Origin: the human T2T-CHM13v2.0 reference genome, Homo sapiens
DNA: 64,000 nt
Reading direction: 5' to 3' (one strand)
Assembly (NCBI RefSeq): GCF_009914755.1
Contig: NC_060929.1
Shown piece after piece: positions 27,381-40,600 of this stretch. Both the position numbers and the translations under genes were made by a program. The notes beneath the pieces are model-generated. The model was not told where the DNA came from. It saw only the letters and a program-made list of their open reading frames with translations, and did no database searches. How positions within the stretch are numbered: the stretch's first letter is position 1; every line of letters starts with the position of its first letter.

Positions 27381-28616
27381 TCTGTATCCTTGTACAAACT
27401 TATGATAAACTTTTGTTAAAGGTTGTATAATTTCTAATTACTCCCCTCTTTTCTTCTTCCCTGAGAAAGATCAAAGAGGTTGAAAAGATAAGGTAAGTTG
27501 TATTTCTTGGAAGTTTCTTGGGTCTGAGAGTGAATGTTTGAATCGGCTAAAGTTATATTTGACTATTTTGCTTGAGTGATGTGAAATGTGGAAGGATTTA
27601 ATTTGATTTAGCTTTCGGAAAGACTAAACAAACCAACAGGAGCAATGAGGTAGAACAGGAATTGAATTATTTCTAATTGGGAAGGAATTGCACATTTCAG
27701 TGTTCTGTTGCTCTTAAGGAAGATGTTAGAAGTCAATTAGAATTTGGAAATTTCCAAAATTTAAACTTTTAGAAAAAAGTGGAACGGAAACAGCAGCATC
27801 AAGATAATATGCCAGTATTATATTGCGCATTATATATTCTTTATTATGCAGCTACTGTTTTAAATGAGGGATTCTCCTTGTGTAGTGTCCAGACACAAAT
27901 TCTTAATTTATTTTTGTTTATTGAAAGAGGTATGAGAGAATACATTTCCAATCTTTCTATGTTGATGAAGCCCTGAGTGCCCAAAGAAAGAAATAGCTAT
28001 GAAAAATAAAAGGGATAGAAAAAGAAACTTTAAGTCTGTAAGAGGTCCTATAGTTTAATTGTTAAAATTCACGTTATGACATTCTCTAGAAAACCCTAAC
28101 TCTGTTTATTTGACTGCCTCTAGTTGAATGAAATAAAATGTTTGTTTGCCAGCTTGCTACTGAAGCAGTGGCTGAGACACAAGCAATGAGCATCTTAGGG
28201 ATACACTTCAAAACAAAACCTGTTTTTGCTGGCCTTCCTTGGTGGTTTTCCCTGGATAAGACTGTAATAAGTGCATCCAGTGGACAGTCATAATGGAAGT
28301 CAACAGGCACTTGCTCCTCAGTGCAACGACATGCAGAGGGAATTGTCAATACTGCCAACCAATACAATCCATTTCTAGAGAAAGAATTCATTCATCAAGG
28401 AAGGATTTGTATCTATGAAGCCACACTCTTGGAATAAGGGCTCTAGATTCTCCACAATCCCAATGATGCATACACACTGGGTTTAAATGGCTTCTGGAGT
28501 TTGACATTCTGAAACTGTGCCAATTTTCCCTAGCCATTGAAAAGTGGACTTGTCAGCCACTTAGTGCATCTCTTGTATTTTCAGCTCAAAACAAATAAAG
28601 AAACACAAAAGAAAAA

Positions 28617-28640
28617 AAGAAGAAGAAGAAGAAGAAGAAG
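28617..28640. repeat. (AAG)n microsatellite
   Basis: About 8 AAG units read directly. Confidence 0.9.
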
Positions 28641-29144
28641 GAAACAAGTGAACCAATGTGGAATTTGCTGCTAGGGAAAGCCAGGTGGTAGGCAGGTGCT
28701 TGTTTTCTATTTATGTCTAAGATTACTTCAAAAAAGTGGACAGTGTATCAATCACCAGAATTTATTACAGAACTAATCTCTGAAAGTGAAAGCATGGACA
28801 TTTCTGATACTGAATTCCCACTTGGGTTACCTTGGGAGAGTTATTAGAATCATTTTAACTGGAGACAGACACACATCTAACACACGATTGATGCTGGTCA
28901 GACTATAGAAACTGGAAAGATAAAATTGTCATGCTAAACTATGATCATTTTCTGAGAGAGAGACTCAGAAAATTGTCTCTTTAGATGGCATCTCATGCTT
29001 AATTTTACCCTGAAAATTTAGCAAGTTATGTGATGTTTCCAAACCTGAATAAGGGAGCAATGTAAACAAAATTTAGAGAGAAAACTCTTGTTATAATTCA
29101 GTTTTTAGAGCGGTCAACTGCACAAACATGGTGCATTGGCTCAT

Positions 29145-29292
29145 TAACAGCTTTATTGAGATATCATTGGCATAAAAATTATTATATATTTAAGGTATAC
29201 AACTTGATATTTTGATATGCATATACAATGTGAAATGATCATCTTATAACTAATTAACATATCTATCACCTCTATGTAGTTACTATTTTTGT
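29145..29292 (-). mobile_element. L1MA-type 3' end fragment
   Basis: AACAGCTTTATTGAGATAT...TATATTTAAGGTATACAAC...TATACAATGTGAAATGAT...TAATTAACATATCTATCACCTC. Confidence 0.75.
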
Positions 29293-29555
29293 TTACAAGA
29301 ATAATATCAAAATATGTGATCTGATTTTTATATAAAGAAAAAGAGCTAGTAAATTATAAAGCAATAGGAAATTTCTCTGCAACTATTTATTTTATGTGTT
29401 TGGTTAGCAAGAACTATAGTTTGTGTATTTTTGTTAAAAGAACAAAAGAGAAAACAAATTGATAAAAAAGTGATCTCTATACTATGAAAGATGATCTAAT
29501 TTAGTTAACCTTTACTCATTCTGTCATCTCTCTTCAGTTTAAGAATTACAGAGTA

Positions 29556-29896
<341 letters not shown>

Positions 29897-30339
29897 TTAA
29901 AATGAAAGACATCTATCAAGAAGGTTTCAAAGATAACCGTATGTGCAATTAATTCTAAAAAGTAGCATATTCCTTACTCATAATAATAATTAGATCCATG
30001 TGTTCACTTTTTAGATTTTTCTTCAATGCATGTATAATATCAAAGAACCAATGAGCTTTTCTGGCTCTCATGTGGTAGTATGAATAATTGACAAAGCAAA
30101 TGGTAAAACTCCTCAATTTCTATTACACACATATTTTATTTCTGTAAAACAGATAATTGTTGTACTACAAATGATGAAATGAGGACACTGAGTTCCAAAA
30201 TAAGTGAAAATATAATAGATGATGAAGTCTAGCTTTAAGTATTAAAATAGAAAATATAAAGTATATGCCAGACTTAAAAAAAAAAAAAAACAACTGTTGG
30301 TAAACTGGGGATTTGTTGAGAATAAAGTAGTGCAGAAAG

Positions 30340-31270
30340 ACTAGAGTTAAGCAAATATTTTCCTAACTTTCAAAATTTAAATGAATATGGATGCTATAAA
30401 TTAGAAATTATTGAACTAAATGTGGAAAGTGGAAAAGGTATAAGATGACTTATTAAAGCGATGAACAGACTGCTAGAGGAGAAAACGGTGGGACCACCTG
30501 GGTTTGCATTACATTCACAAATAAGTCATTCCAGAAAAATGTCATTTCTTTCTATTCCGGACATGCAAGACTGGAAATAGAAAAAAAAAAAGTATATGAT
30601 TTCTACATCATCATCATCGTAGCCCTCATGATTTCGTTATAGCCCACATGGAGAATTTTAAGTACAATTTTTGGGTGTTGCTACTACAATTTTTGAGTGT
30701 TGGGTGTTTAAGTACAACTTTTGGGTGTTGCTACAATTTTTGGGTGTTGCTGTAGTAAGCAACTACCTAAGCATGTTTAAAAATGTCAAAAGTGCTTACT
30801 CAAGGAAGGTTTCCAATAGATAGCTGTAGAGCTCCAACTCCAAACCTGCCCTGAAACTGGCTTTTATCAATACCATTAACACCAAAATCATTCATGAAGA
30901 AATTGTCCCTTAACAGAGCCAGTATATTTGGATGAAGAACTACAAATTTCATAAAGGATCTTGAAAAACTTGGGTGACATCTCAAATATAATGAAGTAGA
31001 AATTCCATAGCTGTATCCCCAAGTATGAATGTATTAAATATATGGTAGTGGGGACAGACTTAGAACCAAAACCTGTGAATATGATTTAGATATTTCTACA
31101 GACAATAATTTCAGTAAAAATCAATTATATGACACAGTTATCAAAAGTGTAAATATAAATTTAGACATCCTTAATAATAGCAAAGCACCACAATGAATGT
31201 GGTGCTATTACTATCTCTGCACTATTAAAGATGAATTACAAAAATATTGAGAACTTATTTGGAATATTGT
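30340..31270 (+). mobile_element. Ancient CR1/L3 LINE remnant, interrupted by local repeats
   Basis: Degenerate CR1-like motifs (GCAAATATTTTCCTAACTTTCAAAA, AATAAGTCATTCCAG..AATGTCATTTCTTTCT, CTCTGCACTATTAA); recognised by eye only. Confidence 0.5.
30658..30768. repeat. Irregular serial repeat of TACAATTTTTGGGTGTTG(C) x4 followed by a short inverted copy
   Basis: Read directly. Confidence 0.85.
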
Positions 31271-31428
31271 ATTTTAAGATTATAGCTAATTCGTTTGGTT
31301 TTAATTAATGTATATTTTTGTTAGCCTCACCAGATTGCATTCATTCAGTTGACAAAGCTGATACCATCTCTAACTCCTCTATTTTCCTCACCACTTGAAC
31401 TACACCTATTCCTTGCTTTTTCTGTAGC

Positions 31429-31647
31429 ACACACATATACACACATATAGATATATACACATATATATAGAGATAAATAGATATTATACATAGATATACC
31501 TCTATATATCTTTTCTGTGTACACACACATATACACGCATATAGATAGACAAATATATAGATATCGATATATAGATAATAGATATATAGATATACCTCTC
31601 TATCTATCCTCTTAGTTCTGTTTCCCTGGAGAACCCTGACTGATACA
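31429..31647 (+). mobile_element. MLT2 (ERVL LTR) 3'-terminal fragment with low-complexity TA/CA tract, copy 1
   Basis: TATCCTCTTAGTTCTGTTTCCCTGGAGAACCCTGACTGATACA. Confidence 0.8.
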
Positions 31648-32024
31648 ATAGGTAATGTTATGGCCATTTTACTGATGAAGATATTCGGCTCATATATTTA
31701 CGTAAATTTTCATGTTTGTTTAGTTCCAGATACTGTGCCCTTAATTATTATGCCACGCTTCCTCTAACTATAACACAAGTTGCTAAAATGGCATATTGGC
31801 AGACTATTAAAAGTATTTTTTAGCCTAAAAAATTAGAGACTAGTTAAACCTGTTGGAGAAAATGCTTTCTGAGAGGAGGTATTCTTTGAGCTGTATTCTT
31901 TGTTCTGAATCTTGAAAGAGGAATAAAGCAGAGGTGGCTACAGAAAAAGCAAGGAATGGGTATGGTTCAAGTGGTGACAAAACGGTATCAGCTTTGTCAA
32001 CTGAATGAATGCAATCTGGTGGGG

Positions 32025-32215
32025 TGTATATCTATATGTGTGTATATGTGCATACATGTATATACACACACATATACACATATATACACATATATGTATA
32101 CATATATACACATATATGTATACATATATACACATATATGTATACATATATACATATATTTATACACCTCTCTATCCCCTTAGTTCGATTTTTCTGGAGA
32201 ATCCTGACTGATATA
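32025..32215 (+). mobile_element. MLT2 3'-terminal fragment with TA/CA tract, copy 2
   Basis: TATCCCCTTAGTTCGATTTTTCTGGAGAATCCTGACTGATATA. Confidence 0.78.
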
Positions 32216-32527
32216 ATAAGTAATGTTGTTAATAACTTTCTCTATCATTGAACATTAATGTCATCCCAAGTTTTTGATATAAACAATGCTTTAATGAACA
32301 TCTCCGTTTATAAATTTTTCCTGGGTCTCTGACTATGGAACTTGAAAAGGCTACTGAAATTGAAACTACTCAGTAAAATATATGAATGTTTCTCAAAACT
32401 CATGATTACTTTATTGCTTCCCAACACCACTAGTGAGGAGTAAAAGATTAATTAGTTCCTCACTACCCTCTAGCAATAACATTTTTTGCTTTTCTCAGTC
32501 TACCAAGTCAAATGCTAACCTCTTCCA

Positions 32528-32528
<1 letters not shown>

Positions 32529-32590
<62 letters not shown>

Positions 32591-32622
32591 TACATGTGTG
32601 TCTCTGTGTGTATATATAAAGA

Positions 32623-32705
<83 letters not shown>
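32529..32705. repeat. Two compound (TA)n(GA)n microsatellites
   Basis: (TA)16(GA)14 at 32529-32588 and a longer (TA)n(GA)n at about 32625-32705. Confidence 0.95.
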
Positions 32706-32707
<2 letters not shown>

Positions 32708-32719
32708 TAGAAAAAGATA

Positions 32720-33087
32720 TATAGAGAAAAAGCTCATGCAATTACGGAGGCTAAGAGGTCCCATGATCTGCGCCTGCAAGCTGGAGGCCTAGGAAAGCTG
32801 CTGGTGTATTTCCAGTCCAAACATGAAGGCTTGAGCACCAATGCTCAAGGACAGGAAAAGATATTCCAGCTCAAGCAGAAAGCAAATTTGTCCTTTCCTC
32901 TTCCTTTTTATTCTACTCAGGCACTCAATGGATTGGATGATGCACACCCACATTGACAAGGGTAGTCTACCATGGTTAATGCTAAGGTCTTCCAGAAATA
33001 CCCTTGGACACACTTTGAAGTACTGTTTTACCAGCTATCTAAGCATCACTTAGCCCAGTCACATTGAAACATATAATAAACCATCAC
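32720..33087 (-). mobile_element. MLT2 (MLT2B-like) LTR body lacking its terminal segment
   Basis: GCTCATGCAATTACGGAGGCT, TGCAAGCTGGAGGCCTAGGAAAGC, ATGGATTGGATGATGCACACCCACATTG, GCCCAGTCACATTGAAACATATAATAAACCATCAC. Confidence 0.85.
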
Positions 33088-34039
33088 GCCTATTTCTAGG
33101 TTTCCTAGGAAAATTAAATATGCATAGAAAACTATCAGGCATATAGTAAAATGTATATAAACTTGTTTTTTTATCATTATATATTTGCATATCTGTTTCT
33201 TAATTGAATGCAAGCTACAAATGTGTATCTGGTACAATAAATGTCTTAATGCAGCTAGGTATAATATACATAACTCAAGACTGGCATTGGAAGACATAGA
33301 GTCAAGCCATACGTTGACCACTCATATTAAATATAGAGTTGTTGAACCAGGTTGTTTTACTGTCTGAACATACTACCTCACTTTTAGACTAGGATACTAC
33401 CCTCATCTGATAGAGCTGTTGCAAGCTTTAAAAAAAAAAAAAAAAAAAAACTTTAAGCATGCCAAAAGGTCTAGTATAGTCTTTGGCATAACAAAGACTT
33501 GGATAATGGCTAGCTAAATCCCAGTTGTAAGTGCTCAGTAAATGTGTACTACTATTATAAATCACATTTGCTTCCTGTGCTTCCCTTATAGCAGAAAGAG
33601 GCAAGTCACAAATAAACAAAATCTTACCTGGAAGCTTTTCATTAAAAGAGAAACTACACCTTCCATAGAATATCCTGGGGATAGTACTCACACAGTTCAA
33701 CCTCCCATATCTGCATTTAACATTTTGGTGCTATGTAATGAAAATTGACATTTAGAAGATCCTGAGGCATTTTAAGATTCTTAACCACCAAAGAAATATA
33801 TTGCACTCAGGACACAATATTTACAGTACCAGTAAAGAGGCAAATGTTCAAAATCATTTTAATGACTTTTGTTCACAAAAAAGGGTTATTTTATTAATAT
33901 TCAATGAATCAGAACTTAAGGTTGACCAAATCATTGATCTTTTCAGAACGATATTCAATTTACCAATGTGCATTTATGCCCATTCACTAAAGTATAGTAA
34001 TATATAGTAACTCAAAATTACTGTTTTCCTTAGGAACAT

Positions 34040-34560
34040 CTTATGAGAGACTTTGAAAAATGATGCATATATTGTGCCTCTTAACATTTAATATATCAGA
34101 TTTTTCTGTCACTAGAAGTTCTTATGCAATATTTTCAGTAAATTATCAGCATTATATTCTACAGTGTACATGTTTTGGATTTTCTCTATTACTGAATATT
34201 AATGTCGTTCCCAAGTTTTTGATATAAACAATGATTTAATGAACATCACAGTTTATAAATCTTTCCTGGGTCTTTGACTATGGCATTTGAAAAGATTACT
34301 GAAATTGAAACTACTAAGTAAAATATATGAATATTTCTTGAAACTCATGATTACTTTACTGGTTCCCAACACCATTAGTGAAGTGTAAAAGGTTAAATAG
34401 TTCCTCACTACCTTCTAACAATACCATTTTCTTCTATTTGCTTATTCAATAGTTGAAAATTAATACCTCATTGTTTTAATTTCTGTTCATGTGGTTACTA
34501 GAATGTTTATTGATCATTTTCTTGTCTTCCTTTCATAATTTCTGTTCATATCCATTTCTC
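34040..34560 (-). mobile_element. Ancient L1M fragment (its 34181-34430 part is duplicated at 32237-32485)
   Basis: TTCCCAAGTTTTTGATATAAACAATG..ATGAACATC, TTCCCAACACCA, CCTCATTGTTTTAATTT motifs typical of antisense L1M. Confidence 0.6.
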
Positions 34561-35559
34561 TATCATGTTATTGCTAATTGGGAAATAAAATGGATTTAAA
34601 TTGTCTTAATGCTCAGTCAGGGGATACACTAGAAAATTCTGAAATTTCTATTGTTTTTTCTTACACATTACCAAAACAATATGGGTCTCTGTGAACATAA
34701 ATATATATACATACATACATGAATATATGTACACCTGACTAGATTTATTCAGAAAATACAAACAGAATATCAGCTAACAAAGCAATGATCTAGGTTTTGT
34801 AGAGGGATATAAAGAAGCTAAGAAACTAGAAAGAAGTTACTAAAATGAAATGCAATACCATAAATTCCATAAGCTATGTAAGGATAATGTCCCTTATATA
34901 TTAAAAAATAATTACTTTCAATGAGTTGATAAAGCATTGTTGGGATAGGTAGAATTTGAGGTAGGTTTTAAATAATAAAGACACCTAAAATAGAAACTGA
35001 TGAATGGAAAAACTTTTAAAACAAAATAAAATATTTTAAAAAGCAAGTATCTCTCTAGAGACCTATGCATCAGAATCTCCAAAGAATGTGGCCCTAGCTA
35101 TTTAAATTTAAAAATAGTTCCACAGAATATTCTGGATGGCTGTACACTGTTATAGCACATATCATATTTATGATATGTTTTGATTGACTTTTATACTCTC
35201 TCTTAAGATCCCCAAAGCAGACTTACTATAGAACTCAGGCATTTCTGAGAAGATGAATAAAATGGAATACAACATTTACAAAATTCAACCTCCTTTTCTG
35301 GGCCATTGCCGGACAATCTCAAGCATTAATTACTCCTGTATCTAGGCTTCCAGTATCACTTTGTTTTCATTCATACCTAGGTACTCAGCAGAGAGTAACA
35401 TAATGTGTCCATAATCATATCCTTATGCCGAGGTAAACTCTAAAGTCTTTGAGAACCAACAGAAAGTATACTTTAAAGTTTTCTATCCCAGCATTTGCTT
35501 CAACTGATTGCAGGTCAACCTAAGTGCAAGGTTTATGGACTGCAACAATGGTAAGCTAT

Positions 35560-36700
35560 AGCCTATACCTCAAGAAGCTTATAATACAGTGGAGGATGCA
35601 TAAATGTCAACATTTCACCATAATGCAATACTATCATAAAGGCACGCATAGGGTGTCATGAAAGTTTCTTAATTCATCTTGAGTAGGTAGAGAAAGTTTC
35701 CTAGAAGAGCTAAGTTGGACAATAAAGAGATATTACTCTAAAATGACAGGAAGAAGGCAGAGAGCATGACAGGGTGTTTAAAGATGTTCATAAAACCTTG
35801 TATACAAAAAGAAAGTCAGGTAGAAGCAGGCTGGAAACATGAAATGGAAAATCAGGGCAAAGTGACCATGCAGAAGTTATATTTGTGTTAGGGGCCTTGG
35901 ACTACATTAAATTGGTGATTTAAACCAGGATAATGAAATGGTAATATTTGATTTCACAACTAGGTCTCTGCCCCGCTGGCAAAGTGGCCAAGCTTAGGGG
36001 AGTAAAATTCAATACATGGGGACCAGTTTAGAAGTTATCCAGAATAATCTAGAATGTTATTACGAGTTTATTGGCTACATAAGTTTTGTTAGAGAAACAA
36101 GTATGAAGACGGGCTAAACTATTTTAAAATAATAAAAAATTAAAATAGGATGACTTTGGTTATTGACTTTGGAAATGGATGGGTGTGATGAGCAAGGGAC
36201 AATTCCAGGCTGTTCTCATTAATCTGGCTAGAGCATTTGTATCGTCAGGGAGGGCACTGTCAGAGGAGGACTAGTTTGAAGGAAGGAGATAATAAATTGA
36301 TTTGAGGTCACATTGACTTTGATAGGACCATTAGATATCAACAAATTATTGTCCTGTTGGTTGTTTCATGCTAAGAGAACAATTCAGAGTTCAACATAAA
36401 ATTTGAGGAGACATTTATATATAATTGTTCAATATCTGTTTTTCATGGATTTTTTTCAAGGATGGCAGAAAGAAGGACAGAACCCTAAACAGTATTAGTA
36501 TTGTAGTGTGAGTTAAGGGGGAGAATCCTTTCAAGTGGAAAATAAGCAGTCATAGATGCAAGACAAAAAATACGAGTTTAGGGTCACAAAATTAATGAAA
36601 TAGAGGAGGCTGCCAAGCTTAGATAAATGAATCATATTAACTTTGGTAGCATAAGAAGTGAACTCTCATGTTAAGTTTGGCTATTTGTAACACTGGAATT
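35560..36700 (-). mobile_element. L2 remnants
   Basis: Degenerate antisense L2 motifs (CCTCAAGAAGCTTATAAT, GGGACCAGTTTAGAAGTTAT, GACTTTGGTTATTGA); boundaries approximate. Confidence 0.5.
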
Positions 36701-37144
36701 GGCAGTCAAGAAATTGGTGGCAAAAGAAGACAGCCTGGCAGTAAATGAAAAAAATACAGAACAAGGTGGAATTATTTTTCAATAAAGGAAGAAGAGAATC
36801 GTAAAATTGAAACAAAGCATCATGGAATTCAAGAAAGAAATGTTAAATTATTATTATCATTGTTTGAATGGAAGATAATTTACCTAGTTAAAGAGAAAGT
36901 TAACTATAAAAGATAATAAGGTGCTAAGGAAAAAGAGAAAAAGTAAAATATTAGATAAAGTCCCTGTAAACACAGGAGATTTAAGAAGATGCCAGACCTG
37001 TTTCTCATTTAGGGCTTTTCACGACATTGAAGGAACTATTATTTACACACACACACACACAGACGCACACACACTTACCCCTTCTAAACACACACACATA
37101 TACACATAACTCCTCCACAATTGCCCACATAAAACTGTGGACGC

Positions 37145-37470
<326 letters not shown>

Positions 37471-37504
37471 TTCTGGACACTAGCCTCAATGTTTTTCTTA
37501 CCAC

Positions 37505-37685
37505 CAGGACTAGCTACATAATTGGGAGAATGAGAAAACAGTGCAAAATGAAAATGTCGGGATTGTTAAAAATTATTGGGAATTTCAGGATGACCACAGC
37601 AGAGCATTAATACCAAGCATGAGGCCAATTCTGAATACGGGGCTTTATGCAACTGCAGAGGTCACAGGCTCATGAAGCAGCCCTA
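37505..37685 (-). mobile_element. MER45A hAT-Tip100 DNA transposon, near full length
   Basis: CAGGACTAGCTACATAATT...CAGTGCAAAATGAAAATG...ACAGCAGAGCATTAA...CATGAAGCAGCCCT; degenerate 8-bp TSD CTTACCAC/CTCGTCAC. Confidence 0.82.
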
Positions 37686-40600
37686 CTCGTCACTTCTACC
37701 AATCCAATGAATCAAGCTCCACTTATCTTGTTTTATCGATAATTCTCAAATTATGTATTAAGTTCCATCTCAAGTTCTTTCAGATTCATATAGTCCCCCA
37801 ATTAAACTATCATCTCTTTTGTTAATTAGGTATGTAGGATGACTGTCACAGAACAGGAGTGCTGACCTTTCATATCATGGCAGTGAGACCAAACTATATG
37901 GTGAGGGGGTGGGAGGCAGTAGGAAAAGTGTTCCTAGTTTTTGTCCCTTACATAATAAGTTGTGGGAACAGATGAATTAGAATAAGAGCCCAATATAGGG
38001 ATGGCGTTGGCCTAGTGGGGATACTGTCTACACAATCCAAGATTTTTAATAGATTACTAAACTATATTGACTGAATACACAATGGTTGATTAGCACTCTG
38101 ATGGTTGTGTTATAAGATAAAAAAGCTGTAATTTATAGTTACAACCAAAAAGATATAATGAATGCCTTTAACTTAGTATAAGAATAAAAAAGGGAAAAGT
38201 AAACAAATTGGAGACATTTAGAGAAAGGATTACACATAACATAGTGGAGCTAAAAATAAGAGTTTTATAGCTTGATCCTGGAAGAAAAAAAGTGGCACTG
38301 TCAGTAGTAGAAAGTGAGAAGAAAGTTGTAAGATCTGGTTAGAAACATAATAGTTTTGGTTTGAAATATGCTGATGTTGAGGTGTTAGCCAAACATTTTG
38401 AAGAGATAGCCAAGAGTCAGTTGGCAATATTAGATTGTGGCTTGGGAAAATAGCTTTGACTGGGAGACAGAATTTTATGAGTCAGCCACAGATGATTATG
38501 TTGATAATAATAATAATGATATATGCTGTACAGCCCCTAATGGATGAGAGGAAAGTTTCTAGGGGATCAGTGATAGAACTAGCAAGATGATGAGAGAAAG
38601 AAAGAGCAGGTGAAATATGAGAATGGAAAGGAGAAAAATAGAGGAGAGAAAAGAAGGGAGAAGAAAAATGGCACTTTAAAGGAAAAGTCTGAAGAGCTGA
38701 TCAGAAAACACTACAAGATATTTAGTTGATATGAATTTAAAAAGCCATTTTAGTAAAATGTAACTTTATATGACTAATTAGTAAACAGAAGTTTATTCAC
38801 ATTTGCAAAGGTTGGCAAAGTCAAAATGTGGCAACTCCAGGGTAAGGTTTGGTTACTGTGAAAAAATGATGTAACTAAAAATAGATCAAATTAACTTAGT
38901 ATAGTAGAGATTTACATATTCTACAGCATGCAAAATTGTCAAATGAAGTCTCATAATTTCTTTTTATTTTAATGCATGGGAAGCTTGATCTTCATTTGAG
39001 AATGTGTGATTAGCTATGCTTTACCATTTCCTTGCTTATTCAATGTTGCTTTATAAAAGGACTGCCAAGTGGTAAGCATATATACTTATTCATGGAGAAA
39101 ATTAAAGACTGTATTGAAAGCAAGCAGTTGAAATGTGAATTCTAGTACTTTCCCCTACTGAGTGTATAGGTGAATATGTGTTTGAGGGCATAAGAGGAAG
39201 AGTAGGTGTTATATAATAAATGCTATTTATATTACTACCTTGAAAAAAAAACTTGGAACATGACATAAAGTCTGATTATTTTTAACTCAGAAAAAAATGT
39301 ATAGAGGCCATCAACCTCATAAAGAACAGAACAAGCTAAAAAGAGAACAGTGTCTCTGAAGCATTGTCCAGAAAGTGTGTCCAAAATAAATTCCATATTG
39401 CCAGGGTTAATTTGGGACTCTAGGAAGATTGGTTAGATAAAATGGGATTTCATTTTCATATCTCAGGATGCCTTATGTCATTATTCTTTTTCCTTTTTTT
39501 ACTGCAAGTCAATTGCATGTAGTGTGCTGAAATAATTTCTCTGCGGGTCTCTTGCGTTGTATAAGCCCAGGCCTTTCGGTCACTGTAGGTAATTGAGAAT
39601 TACACCACAGGCTTAGGTGAACAGTGAAAATCAGGTTTTAAATTCATTGTTCTGCTCAGCATTAGGCCCTCAGAGTGGCAAAATTAAAGTGTAGGTAGGG
39701 ATAGGTTATTCCCGGAACTCTGCAGTCACATTGAGCATACACATAGGCCTCAAGTCATTTTCAAAGTGGCACTGTCATTGTCCTTCTCTGTCTATCTAAA
39801 GATTCCTCAGGCTGCCAATATTCATATATCAGGGTTGGCAGTTTTACACACAGTGTCCCTAACCATATGTTCTGCTCATTGTTACAAACTAGTCATTATT
39901 GACATTGATGGTTTCCTTATCACATTCCTCAAGCCAGAATTTTCCTTTCTAAAGTCCCCTAAATCTTTCCAGTACATTTCTACTATGTTTTGAATTTTAC
40001 TTCACACATTAAAGGGATCCAATTGATAGAACTTTTCTATTGAAACATCATTGGCCCCATTTAATTAACCATTTCTGAATTCCCCCAGAACATTATTGCA
40101 CATATGGTAGATACAGTTCTTATGCCATTCGTTTATTTTTAATGGAATTTGGAAACAAATCTTTAGACTTTGGATAGAGACTAACTTCAGTCAAATTTTA
40201 GCTTTGCCACTTATTTGGTTCATTGCCTTTAATAAGCACTGGCTCTCAGTTTGCACATCTTTTAATGGTATAATAGCACATTTCTGGAAGATAAGTTGTA
40301 CTAATTACACATACTGCAGGCAATAACTTATGTAATTTACCTCTTAGAGTATGTGATGCATGTATATGCTCAGTAAATATAACAATAGACACAACCTCTC
40401 AGTTACCACTATGATTTTACCAAACTGTACATATATATAACATATTTCCAAATGTGACTAAGTTATAAGTGACCACAACAAGGATGAGAACACATTACAA
40501 AAGAAAAATAGGGAATGATTTGCGGAGATATCAATATGGTTCTTTTGTTAACATCTTGTGCTATTGAGATTACCTACTTCTCTGAAAAGCAAAAGGCAGG

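Noticed and set aside
30658-30768. CRISPR-like repeat array
   Set aside because: No unique spacers, irregular spacing, human context, no cas genes
31341-32779. ORFs rich in YI/HT/LS dipeptides
   Set aside because: Translations of TA/CA/GA microsatellites
33429-33450. Isolated poly-A run as a processed pseudogene tail
   Set aside because: No upstream mRNA-like body or convincing TSD; a simple mononucleotide run within MIR-like DNA
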